Below, one piece after another: positions 13,195-24,058 of a stretch of 64,000 bases of DNA. The stretch is from Raja brachyura (Eukaryota), in assembly GCA_963514005.1 (NCBI GenBank), contig OY740816.1, positions 21,576,001-21,640,000 of the forward strand. Reading direction: 5' to 3'. Position numbers and translations under genes: made by a program. Positions within the stretch are counted from its first letter, which is position 1. The number at the start of each line of letters is the position of its first letter. Under the pieces are notes generated by a model. That model was not told the origin of the DNA. It saw only the letters and a list, made by a program, of their open reading frames with translations, and searched no databases.

Positions 13195-13984
13195 AGATAG
13201 GAAAAGCAAACTAGCCCAAGTACCTGTCTACCGCATTGGAGACCCTCGGGCTATCTTTAATCGGACTTTATCTTGCACTAAACATTATTCACTTTATCAT
13301 GTGTCTGTACACTGTGGACGGATCAATTTTAATCATGTATAGTCTTTCCACTGACTGGTTAGCATGCAACAAAAAGCTTTTTCCTGTACATCAGTACATA
13401 TGACAATAAACAGAAAATTGTTCGGTCTAATTCCCAATAATTTGTTTCCCTGAAGTCTCTTCCATGGGGTCCTGAAGTCTTTGGGTCATCAACTCTGGTC
13501 TCTTTGAAGCATTTGGGAGGTGGGTAGGAGCTACAATACAAGGCAGGTGGGCCCTTTCTTGATGGGATAAAAGATCAGCAGCTCATGCCTGCTGTACAGT
13601 TGCCATGTGTGATTACGTGAGAACCTTACTCAAGAAAATCTCTGACCCTGCATGATAGATTACCCAGCCTGGTAGTACAGGCCATCTACATCTGCAACTT
13701 TGAATGCATCACCTGACCTAGAGTTCCTCCACTAGAGTTTTTCTTCAAGACAAACACCTGATGCTTATCGTCAATGGGCCAAAATCCTAGAACACTCTTC
13801 TCAGCAGCACTGTAGAAGCATCTTAACTAAGGGAAGGACAGTACTAGAAAGCAGCACAGCACTGCGGTTCCAGGGAGAGTTAGGAATGGTCAATAAATGA
13901 TCCCTTTCCCATAAATAAATAAAAACATCCTCTTTCTTCTCCCTTAACATGGCCATTTCTACTCCTTTCTTAAAGGGCTGTAAG

Positions 13985-14272
13985 ACTTAGTTTAGAGATA
14001 CAGCGTGGAAACAGGCCCCTCAGACTACCGAGTCCGCACCGACCAACAATCACCTATACACTAGTTCCATAATACACACTAGGGACAATTTACAGTAGCC
14101 AATTAACCGTCAAACCTGCATGTCTTTGGAATGTAGAAGGAAACCGGAGCACCCGGAGAAAACCCACGCAGTCACAGGGAAAATGTACAAACTCTATACA
14201 AACAGCACCCATAGTTGGGATAGAGTCTTGACCTCTGGCGCTGTAAGGCAGCAACTCAACCACTGTGTCGCC
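13985..14272 (-). mobile_element. tRNA-derived V-SINE (HE1-like)
   Basis: Full-length copy with an (aaact)-type tail. Confidence 0.75.
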
Positions 14273-15368
14273 CTTGTGACTTGTCCTCCAGGGTCCATCT
14301 GATCTCCTAGAACATGCCAGAGACTGAGCTTAGTTGTAAATCCTGAGGCTACATTGAAAGCCACCTTCAGTGGAGGAATAGAGTGAGGTAAGGGGGCATT
14401 CATGGAGAGGTCTGACTGGATCCTGGGCCCTGCAGAACTTCAGAGTACCCACTTCCCTTTGTTCCACACCCTTTGATTTTTGTTTGGTTTCATTTGCAAT
14501 TATTAAGCCTTAAGTTAACAATTGGAACCCGAGTCCCAATCCCTTAAAGTGCCAACATTCCCTGCCACCCATAAAATGGCAATGGCCAGGAATCTTGGCT
14601 AACATGGGTAGGAGACTCCAGCAGAATATATGCAATTCTGACTTATAAAGGATGGATGGAAGGAAAGAAAGGAAGCACATTTGGAAAACTAACAAATTGA
14701 TTAGACTACAAAGGCACTCAGAGCTTCACACACATAAAAAAAACATACACTCCATTTTGCACTGGGCAGGTGGTCATGTTGCCAGCGTTGGAATGTCTGG
14801 CACAGAGTGATTCCCCTGTCCTCTGTACCTCTCGCCCATCGCAGTGAGGCACCCCTCCCCCCCACCTTCAATCTACAGGGATCGAAAAAGCAGAATTACA
14901 AATAAAATGGAAATGATCTCAGGCGAGTTTGTAGGGAGTTAGTTGCCTCCCTCAGATGCTCCCCAAACCCCTTCCCCACACACCACCACCCCTCCCCATC
15001 CCCAACCCCCCAACAACATATGCACATTAAATCAAAGTGCTCTCGGTCACAACATGCTCTTTATATAGCGAGAGAGGGAGAGGGAGAGGAATCCATGCTG
15101 TGGTGGACCGTTCTGATGAGGCTGAAGGCCAGGCCGCATGGTGACCACCGTTGCTTAGTAACCGCTCCTCCTGCGGCCTACACACCGCCAGGCAACCTAA
15201 ACACCCCCTTCCCCCCCTCCCAGGCCCATCACACCCGAGGCAAACAATACCAAATAACATATTAGCAGGTAATGGATGATAAAACTCATCGATAAAACCC
15301 CCAAACGCTTTTCCCTCCCCCTCAAAACAGGGTCTCGTTTCCCGCTCAATTGAGCCAAGCACTAGGCC

Positions 15369-15412
15369 GGGCCGCCATTTTGACTCCTCGGGGCCGCCAT
15401 TTTGACTCCTCG
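15369..15412. repeat. Perfect 22-bp tandem duplication; each unit carries a YY1 consensus (GCCGCCATTTTG)
   Basis: gggccgccattttgactcctcg occurs twice in a row. Confidence 0.85.
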
Positions 15413-15670
15413 ACGCCCCTCACACGCACACCTCAGTAAAGATTGGTTTAAATTGCCCCTCCAACCTCATTCCTTCTTCGATTTATGTTCGTGTGTTTGT
15501 GTGTGTGTGTGTTGGGTTTTTTTTTTTGGAAGGCTACAGAGCTCCTCAGAAGAGGCCCGGAGACTCTTGGCTCCTCCGGCTCGCTTGGCAATGTAAGAAG
15601 TATGGAGGGGGGGTTTTTTTGTTTTGTTTCCCGGGGGTGAAGGTTATGAGGAGAGGGGGGGAGGGGGGGG

Positions 15671-16157
15671 CTAGCACCAGTCGTCCTCGTCGGTCTCACT
15701 GTAGGGTTCGTGCATCCCTTTCCTTGCGCCGGGCCCTCGCGTTTTGTTCGGGCCCAGGTTGTGGTAGTACCCGTTGGGCACCCGGCGCCCGTGTCTGGGG
15801 AGGGACACAGAGGAGGAGGACGACTGCGGCGCCCGACAAGTCCTCGGCGACCTCCCGGCACACGTCGCCATGGCCACCTCGAAGGTCAGAGTCTCCTCCC
15901 TCGACGCGACGTCGTAGTCGGCGCTCCGGTAATAGTCATCGTCGTGGCACCCCAGGTAAGGCTCGGACAGGTGGGAGCTGGGGGTGGACCACTGGCCGCT
16001 GCTCTGGCGGTGGAGCCGGGGGGAGCCGTTGCGAGGGGCGCTGCCTCTCTCCGTGCCGGGGGACCTGCCGCTGCTACCGTGCCTCTCGCCCCTGTGGTGC
16101 TCCAGGGGAGGGGGTGAGTACCGGCGTGGCACGGGGGTCGGTGTCCTGCCCTGTTGC

Positions 16158-16198
<41 letters not shown>

Positions 16199-16357
16199 TT
16201 GCTGCTGCGATGTGTTCATGGCCTTGCGGACCACGGGGGAGTAGGTGACATGAGGCCTAGGCGTGGAAGGAGTCTGGGGGAGTTGCCTACGTCCCCTCCT
16301 CGGTGTGCTGGTACCAGAAGTGGAAGGAACTGGACTCCCACTCACAGAACTACTGCC
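15671..16357 (-). CDS. CACNA1A: CACNA1A exon 47 coding part (long C-terminus with polyQ, SH3 ligand and PDZ ligand DDWC), 687 nt including stop
   Basis: ttcatctag|GGC AGT AGT TCT GTG...; [45 protein letters not shown]...Q19...RRVPNGYY...[20 protein letters not shown] (RIM-BP ligand) and the terminal DDWC (Mint1/RIM PDZ ligand) are Cav2 hallmarks. Confidence 0.97.
15680..16320. promoter_or_regulatory. CpG-island-like segment over the terminal coding exon
   Basis: Visibly GC- and CpG-rich against a CpG-poor background; not computed. Confidence 0.6.
16151..16207 (-). repeat. Coding CAG/CAA repeat encoding Q19
   Basis: (CAG)2(CAA)4(CAG)3(CAA)3(CAG)2(CAA)2 CAG CAA CAG, 57 nt counted directly from the sequence. 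Confidence 0.97.
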
Positions 16358-16359
16358 CT
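16350..16359 (-). promoter_or_regulatory. Tandem 3' splice acceptors AG|GGCAG|TAG (long versus short Cav2.1 C-terminus)
   Basis: The first AG (16359-16358) opens exon 47 in frame. The second AG (16354-16353) puts TAG (16352-16350) in frame right after exon 46. Confidence 0.9.
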
Positions 16360-19300
16360 AGATGAAAATCGAAACAAAGCAAATAAAAAATAAAAAATCA
16401 GGTGCAAAAAACACAGACAGGAACAAACCATCGGAGAAAGCAAAGAGGTAACACAGGGGAAAAGGAAGCAACGACCACAGAACCAACAAAAGTCAAAAAG
16501 GAAAGTAAAAAGAGAAATTGACGTCTGTAAGTCAAGGGGTTGAGAAAGAGCAGGCATTGTGCTTTAGATATCATGGGTTTAAAAGCGCATTGTAAGGCCA
16601 TACACATTAGACAACTTGGAGACTATGCTCGTAGTCGAACTTGGAAATGCTCGCACTGATGGAAGTCTGAAGCCTAAACCGAAAAGGTTGGGACTCCAGA
16701 GGCCCCATGGTGAATGAAAAGATGGGTTTAATGTTTACGGGGGTACACAAAAAGCTGGAGAAACTCGGCGGGTGCAGCAGCATCTAAGGAGCGAAGGAGA
16801 TAGGGGACGTTTAAGGTCGAGACCCTTCTTCAGACTCGACGGGCTTTGGCCCAGGCTGCTGAAATCTAGGGTGCGAAATTGACCAGGGGTAGGTAGGGTT
16901 AAATGCAAGTTGCATACTGTACCCTACTCTTGAAAAAAATATTATATTGAGTTTGAGTATTGAGGAATTGGTGCACACCATGTAGCGATCACAGTGTTAA
17001 TGATCAATAAATTATTTTCACACCAATGGCGCCCTCCCTCTGGGGAACTATGTGTCTAATAGTGATAGGAAACGATGGCCATTGTATCCTCAATAGCATC
17101 TTAACCTTCCCAGAAAAGTTAAAATAAGTGTCTCGACGCGTCACCCATTCCTTCTCTCCAGAGGTGCTGCCTGTCCCGCTGAGTTACTCCAGCTTTTTGT
17201 GTCTACAGTTTAAACCAGCATCTGCCGTTCCTTCCTACAACGTTAAATGGTTGCACCTCTTCTCAGAACTTGACTGACCAGTTGTGTGGAAAAAAATACT
17301 TCAGTTCTCTTATGCCTTTCTTGTCGATGTCAGGTTGCCCCTGAGTGTTGGAGTGTATATCAATTTCTGGAGTTTACTGTTGAAATACGATAGCTACTAG
17401 ATTCTGACAAATAGTAGGTATGTTTTATATAAATACTAACTGGGGTGTTGCTGACATCCCCAGAGAACTCCAGTGTTTTTTTGAAACAGTGATGTCGTTT
17501 TTAACCTGAGGATGCTGTCAGAGCCTGTGGTACGAACAGGGAAGTGCTCAGCTGAGATTTTTCTGTGTGTTTTGGAGCAGTTAGCAAAATCATTCAATTT
17601 TCTTGTTTTAGTTAAGGGCTTTAGCTGAAATACGGACAGGAATATGGTTGGTTGCAGTGAAGATTAGAAAATGATCACAAATTAAGCCACTCTGATCTCT
17701 TTGCTCTTAAGTTAGTGGAGGTTGTTGTTATTTTAGTTTATCAATTGCCCACTGCAACCCAATGTCTGAATGTCTGAGCCCAAGTTATCCAGTGTGTCTA
17801 GCACCAAACTTCCTTGTTCAATCAATAAACCTCCGCTTGCAACAAATCTCAAGGACTTCTCTATGATCGGTATAATCACGAGCTACATTTTCCATCAAAT
17901 GGATGGAATTGAATATCTATGGTATTGAGTATGTACAGTAATATCTAGGTGAAAAATGGACAAGGTATGCTTGTCCCACATTCGATCAAACACCTTTTTT
18001 CATTAGATGTATTCTATTGCTCTGGGATTATACTATACTAACAACCCCTACCTCCCGGAATGACAAGGGCAGTGGCAGGGAACATCACCTCCTGCAACCT
18101 AATGTTGAACCACCTACTGCTGAATGAATTACCATTGGAGATCTTAACAATTGCGGACTTTAAATCCAAATAAATGTCAATGTTTTTCAGGGATGCTGCC
18201 CAAACCGCAGAGTTACTCCAGCACTTTGTGTCTTTTTCATATGAATGTTATGCCTGGGTGAACTCTCGTTACTTCTGGCAGAGAGTAAGGAAACGGTAGC
18301 TAATGAAATCATGTCCCACTAGGGTACAAGCACTGTGCTGGGAAGCATTTGATAACCAAGATGTGTAATCTGTATGGCCTCTCAGCTCGTTAGAACGCAA
18401 CAACCAGAGAGAAATATGCTTCACAATATATTTTTTTTGTGTTTCAATAAAAGATGACCAGTAATCTTGCAATACATTCTTTCAATTTGGAAAAGCTACC
18501 TGCTTCGCACAAAATTTGCAAAGGTTAGTTGCCCCTTTGGTTCAGAACACCAACCCTGGCTTAAAGTAGATAATTCTGCTGGTTATTGCATGAAAAGTTA
18601 GTTAGCATCACTTTCAGAACAAAGCATTGTGCATGTCACCAGCAGCCACCTATCATGCCCCATAAGTAGACAAAAAATGCTGGAGAAACTCAGCGGGTGA
18701 GGCAGCATCCATGGAGAGAAGGAATTGTCGAGGTTTCGGGTCGAGACCCTTCTTCAGACCCGACACGTCGCCAATTCCTTCTCTCCATAAATGCTGCCTC
18801 ACCTGCTGAGATTCTCCAGCATTTTTTGTCTACCTTCGATTCTTCCAGCATCTGCAGTTCTTTTTTAAACATGCTCCATATGTTGACAGCCACATGCACT
18901 AATCCAATTGCTGGTCTATTTCTTTCTTCCTTCTGTAGATCAGTGGACCAGGGCCTGGTGGAGGATCTGTACTGCCATCTCACGAGCGGCTGATCAAAAA
19001 TGATGGCTCTCAGCAAAATTCTACTGTTGAAGCTTTGCAGTTTTGGCATGTCATTTTTAATCTTCCTGCCCCCACCAGATACATCAGATACAAAATGGTA
19101 ATTGTTCAATTGCACAAAATTTCTTTTGATTAGAACCATCGCCTGCTACCAGCTTCTTTCAGCGAGTGAGATTTGATTCACTTTTTACATTGGAACCAAT
19201 TTGCGAAAGCCTCCAGATCATTTATTTTTCTGTAATGGATATTTAGCATTCATCAGGAATTAAATAGGATGGCAATGCAGACTAAATCTAGAACAGTGAA

Positions 19301-19496
19301 GCACAGGATCAGGCCCTTTGGCCCGTCGTGTCTGTACTGACGTTGATGCCAATTTAAACTGTACTTGCCTGTACATGGATCATATGCCTCCATTCGCTGC
19401 TTGCTCATGAGTCTGTTTAAATGCTCTTAAACTACACTATGGGATAATGAATAGTCCTCGGTATCTCATTAAAATTACATATTAATCAAATAATTT

Positions 19497-19803
19497 GTGT
19501 TTAGTTTAGAGATACAGCGAAGAAACAGGCCCTTCAGCCCACCGGGTCCGTGCCGACCAGCGATCTCCGCACACATTAACCCAGTAGGAACCATTTTTAC
19601 ATTTACCAAAGCCAATTCACCTACAAACCTGTACGTCTTTGGAGTGTGGGAGGAAACCAAAGATCTCGGTGAAAAACCCACGCAGGTCACGGGGAGAACG
19701 TACAAACTCCGAACAGGCAGCACCTGTAGTCAGGATCGAACCCGGGTCTCCAGCGCTGCATTCACTGTAAGGCAGCAACTATACTGCTGCGCCACCGTGA
19801 CCA
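19497..19803 (-). mobile_element. tRNA-derived V-SINE (HE1-like)
   Basis: Head gtcacggtggcgcagc...gggttcgatcctgact on the minus strand. Confidence 0.8.
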
Positions 19804-20133
19804 CAGTTAACCCTAAACTGTGTGGCACCGTGCTTGAATCTTTCTGAACAAAGTTTTAAGGGATCGGCAAAACCTGTCGGGTCTAGGATAAAAGTAAGTC
19901 ATTTAATACAAGGTTGACTAATAATATTGAGGGGGGGGGGGGATTGAGGTTGTAATTTAGGGAAAGATGGTGTTTCTATAAGGTGGTACATCATGGAGTT
20001 CAGGATATCACTAATATATTTTTCTGCAACAAAGGTTGAATGATTTCTACTGGGTCATCCCACTTGTGGCCGCAGCGACACAATTGTCTAGAGTTCTTTG
20101 AGTAGCCACGGTGTGTGAAGCCTGCAGACCCAC

Positions 20134-20375
20134 CTGTCTATGGGGAACACACTCGCGCCCTGCACTCGGTGACCGAGACCACCGCCTGTCCCTTGATCGA
20201 GGTCTGCTGTACTCGTGCCGCTCCTGGGAATAACGCTCCTTGTCGGACGGCGTGTGGTGGTGGTGGTGGTGGTGATGGTGGTGCTTCCTGTCCTTGGTCC
20301 TTCCTCGCTCCCGGTCCTTCTCCTTCGGAGGGAGGTCGCCCGACTGTGTGGTCGTGCTGAGGTCTGTTCCGAGCC
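20134..20375 (-). CDS. CACNA1A: CACNA1A exon 46 (poly-His), 242 nt
   Basis: tgacatag|GG CTC GGA ACA GAC...AGA CAG|gtgggt; (G)[31 protein letters not shown]10[40 protein letters not shown]. Phase 1 to 0. Confidence 0.96.
20254..20283 (-). repeat. Coding CAC repeat encoding H10
   Basis: (CAC)2 CAT (CAC)7. Confidence 0.95.
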
Positions 20376-21607
20376 CTATGTCAATAAAAGCTGATCATTT
20401 AGGCAAAGAAAAAGAAATCGGAAAATGTTTAGAAAGGAAGACTTGCATATAGAGCAGCTTAATATTTATCCAAGTAACTAAATATTTCTAAACATGTTAA
20501 ATACAAAGAATGACATTGACAATTGACATGTAGACCACCTATTTTGCACAGTGATTTCCTAAGCCATCCACCTTTGACTACTGCACCTTGAGATAATGTC
20601 GGTGCCCAACATGTTGCTTAACACAGCTGTTATGACTTTTATTTATGGATGAGGGTGTAACTGGCGAAAGCCAGCACTTATCGACCATCCCAAGCAACCT
20701 GTGAGAAGTTGGCGTTGAGCCACCATCTTGAACCATTGGCGTCTATTTTGAAGGTAATCCCACAGTCACCCTTATCAATGGAGTTCCAGGATTCGAACCC
20801 AGTGAAGATGAAGTAAGAGCTACATTTTCCAACACAGTTTTACGTGTCTTGGAGGAAAACCAATGACTGGTGGTGACTGAAAGGAAGGGAGCAGATAATA
20901 GGCAATAGACAATAGGTGCAGGAGTAGGCCATACAGCCCTTCAAGCCAGCACCGCCATTCAATCTGATCACAATCAGTCATCCACAACCCGTTATTTTTA
21001 AACCGTGGCTCCTGGACTTGGAAAACCCCTAGTTCTGGATAATGAATTTGGCGGTACGTTTTTTCAAGATTTCATATCTTCTGACACATATTTCAGCTGA
21101 TGATCTGCCACCATTCTCTTCCAGAAGCTGCCTGATAAGCTGAGTGTCCAGTATTTCCATTTGCAGCATCTGCAGTTTGGTTTTTGCTTTTCAGTCATCA
21201 CCTGTAAATTCCTCTTCAAGTCACACGCCATTCTGACTTGGACATGTTTATCACCCTTCCTTCACTGTTGCTGGGTGGATATCCTGGAGGTCCCCTCCCC
21301 AAAGGCTCTTTGGAAGCTCTTTCAGCAGTGGGAGAGTTGCAGTTCAACAGGCACCCTCACCACCTCAAAGATAATTAGATATTGGTAATAGATGATGGTC
21401 TTGCAGAGAAAAAAAAATCCATGATAGTAAGATGCCATATAACATCTTATCCTCAGAGGTCATTATCCATAGGTCAATCTACTAAACGATAGTCGCACAG
21501 GAAGAATGTATTGTGCTTTGACTGTGTGCAATACAAATCTATTAGAATTATACCTGGGCTGAAAGGGTTAAATCACAAGGCAATAGACAAATCAGGTCAG
21601 TTTGGAA

Positions 21608-21894
21608 CAGGGGTGGGGAACCTGTGGCCAAAGAGTAAAAGAAGATTCAACAAAATAATCCTCCCCGACTGACGGCCACAATTAAAACATTAGTAAGTCA
21701 TGAGGGGTATTTTATTGCTACGAAGAGTTACTCGCTTTGGGCACTCTTACGGGTAGAACACGAGGACGATTTCTTCAACAACTTTCAAGATAAATGTGGT
21801 GAAGTATATCTAATTGAGGTTTCTTGGATGCGGCCTTATTAGATTACAGCTAACTTAAAGTGGCATTCCAACATGGAAAGGTTCCCCATCCCTG
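21608..21894. mobile_element. hAT-type MITE
   Basis: TIRs caggggtggggaacct and aggttccccatccctg; 8-bp TSD gtttggaa/gtttagaa with one mismatch. Confidence 0.8.
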
Positions 21895-22459
21895 GTTTAG
21901 AAGGTTAAGAGGCATTTAAGGAAGAATATATAATTGGGGTGAATGTAAACTACTTCTGCCAGAGCTAACAGCTCAACGGAATAAACATCGAATTCGCCAA
22001 TTTTAGGTAACCTCTAACTGACCCCCGCCCCAAAACTTTTCCCTTTCTCCCCGCCCCTATCCCTGTGCCCCTCCTGGTCTCCCGCCTATTTCACCGCTGC
22101 ACTACCCGCTGCTTTCCTCTCTCTCTGGCTTCACAATTCGTGACTCTTCAGTCCTGTCTCCCACATTGACGTTTTTGCTCCAACTATCTGCATATTAAAA
22201 CCCACCTCTCTCTTGTCTCCAGTTACTGCCTGCCATGTTTTGTCCTGTGACTCCGCTCTTCCAGCTTTCCTCTCCACCCCCTCTCTCTCCCCCCCCCCAT
22301 AATTAGTCTGAAAAAGGGTCGCAAATCAAACTGACACCTATCCATGTTCCCCAGAGATGCTGCCTGACCCGCTGTGTTCCTCCAACACTTTGTGTCCTTT
22401 TAGGTTACAAGTTGACCATGCTCTCGTAGAATAGCTGAGGGCAACAATCATCTCCGTGG

Positions 22460-22796
22460 ATTGTCATCTTGTCGTGGTGGAGAAGCTTGTGTGGTCCTGA
22501 GATCCTGAGAGCGATGCCGTCTGGAGCTACGCTCCTGGTAGGGCCACCCATGGCGGTAAGGTCGAGGGGGAGGTCTCTGACAAAGAGCCAATCCAACCAA
22601 GACCTCAACGGTGGAACAGGCGGAGGACGATGGCTGACCTCAGTGGAACGTCACAACGGCTGGGAAGGCGGATGAAGGCTGCGGCAGAAAACGGTCTCCG
22701 GTCGTCTTGGACTCCATGCCACTGGATCCTGACCCAGATCTGTCAAGGACTGTGGGGGTCGCTGTCTGTGCACCAGTCTCCCCAAGTTAAACAAAT
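22460..22796 (+). mobile_element. RTE-clade (BovB/Rex3-like) 5' UTR-derived element
   Basis: The pattern cttgtcgtggtgg...cctggtagggccacccatggc...tgacaaagagc resembles RTE 5' ends (recognised from memory). Confidence 0.55.
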
Positions 22797-23084
22797 GAGG
22801 GGCTGCAATGACCTCTACAAATTCCCCAAGTTCCAATTCACTTCCAGGAGAAGTGCATCTCACTCAAATTCATTCCTGACCTAAAGTTAAATTCACTCAA
22901 CCGGACAATAATAAATCACAGTGTGGCAATCAGGAGTCAGGTTGCTTGTTGATTTTTGAACCACTACAGACCTTCCTTGCACAATAGGTTGAATAATAAT
23001 CCGGTGAACTAAATCTATTTTTGGACTGAATCATAATCTGAGCCCGAGGCGTGCTTGCACTGTTTGGGTCAGTAATGTTTAGTT

Positions 23085-23340
23085 TTGTTTTAAATTTTAG
23101 AGATACAGGGTGGAAACAGGCTCTTTGGCCCAACGAGTCCACACCAACTATTGATCACCTGTATATTAGTTCTATCCTAGACACGGGACAATTTCAGAAG
23201 CCAATTGACCTGCAAGTCTGTGACCCGCAGATCACAGGGTGAACGCACAAATTCCGTACAGACAGCACCCATAGTCGGGATCCAACTTGGGTTGCTAGGG
23301 CTGTAAGGCAGCAAATCTACCACTCCGCCACTGTGCTGCC
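23085..23340 (-). mobile_element. tRNA-derived V-SINE (HE1-like), internally deleted
   Basis: Same family motifs as the other V-SINE copies. Confidence 0.7.
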
Positions 23341-23487
23341 GTAAGGTGGTGTGGTTAGCATCCAAAGGAAATTCCACTGTTAAATATTTGAACATTATTG
23401 GGATATGAAATAAATTGCACTCAGACATGAACCATAACTCTACGCTGAGTATGTTGCCTGACTTCCTCATGGAATGTCTTTTTGCAT

Positions 23488-24058
23488 AATAGACAATAGG
23501 TGCAGGAGTAGGCCATTCAGCCCTTCACTGTGATCATGGCTAATCATCCACTATCAGCACCCTGTTCTTGCCTCCTCTCCATATCCCCTGACTCCGCTAT
23601 CTTTACGAGCTCCATCTAACTCTTGAAAGCATCCAGAGAATTGGCCTCCACTGCCTTCTGAGGCAGAGAATTCCACAGATTCACAACTGGGTGAAAAAGA
23701 TTTTCCTCATCTCCGTTCTAAATAGCCAACCCTTTATTCTTAAACTGTGGCCCCTGGTTTCAATACGATCCCCTCTCCTAAATTCCAGTGTATAGAAGCC
23801 CAGTCGCTCTATTCTTTTAACATATGACAGTCCAGCCATCCTGGGAATTAACCTTGTAAACCTACGCTGCACTCCCTCAATAGCAAGAATGTCCTTCCTC
23901 AAATTAGGGGACCAAAACTGCACACAATACTCCAGGTGAGGTCTCACTTGGGCCCTGTACAACTGCAGAAGGACCTCTTTGCTCCTATACTCAACTCCTC
24001 TTGTTATGAAGGCCAACATGCCATTCGCTTTCTTCACTGCCTGCTGCACCTGCATGCT
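23488..24058 (-). mobile_element. CR1 LINE 3' fragment
   Basis: ORF 23681-24055 reads QVQQAVKKANGMLAFI..LYRA.VRPHLEYCVQFWSP. Confidence 0.9.

Larger units (their letters stand above)
11275..15670 (-). other. CACNA1A: CACNA1A 3' UTR (distal end uncertain)
   Basis: Follows the stop codon and is mostly non-repetitive with AU/UG-rich blocks. A minus-strand AATAAA at 11299-11294 is followed by a genomic A run, with another at 11203-11198. The end point is inferred. Confidence 0.4.

Noticed and set aside
15493-16393. Plus-strand ORFs with poly-Cys, poly-Leu and poly-Ala/Val runs (up to 251 aa)
   Set aside because: These are shadow frames of the GC-rich exon 47 and its CAG/CAA tract, with no independent sign of an antisense gene.
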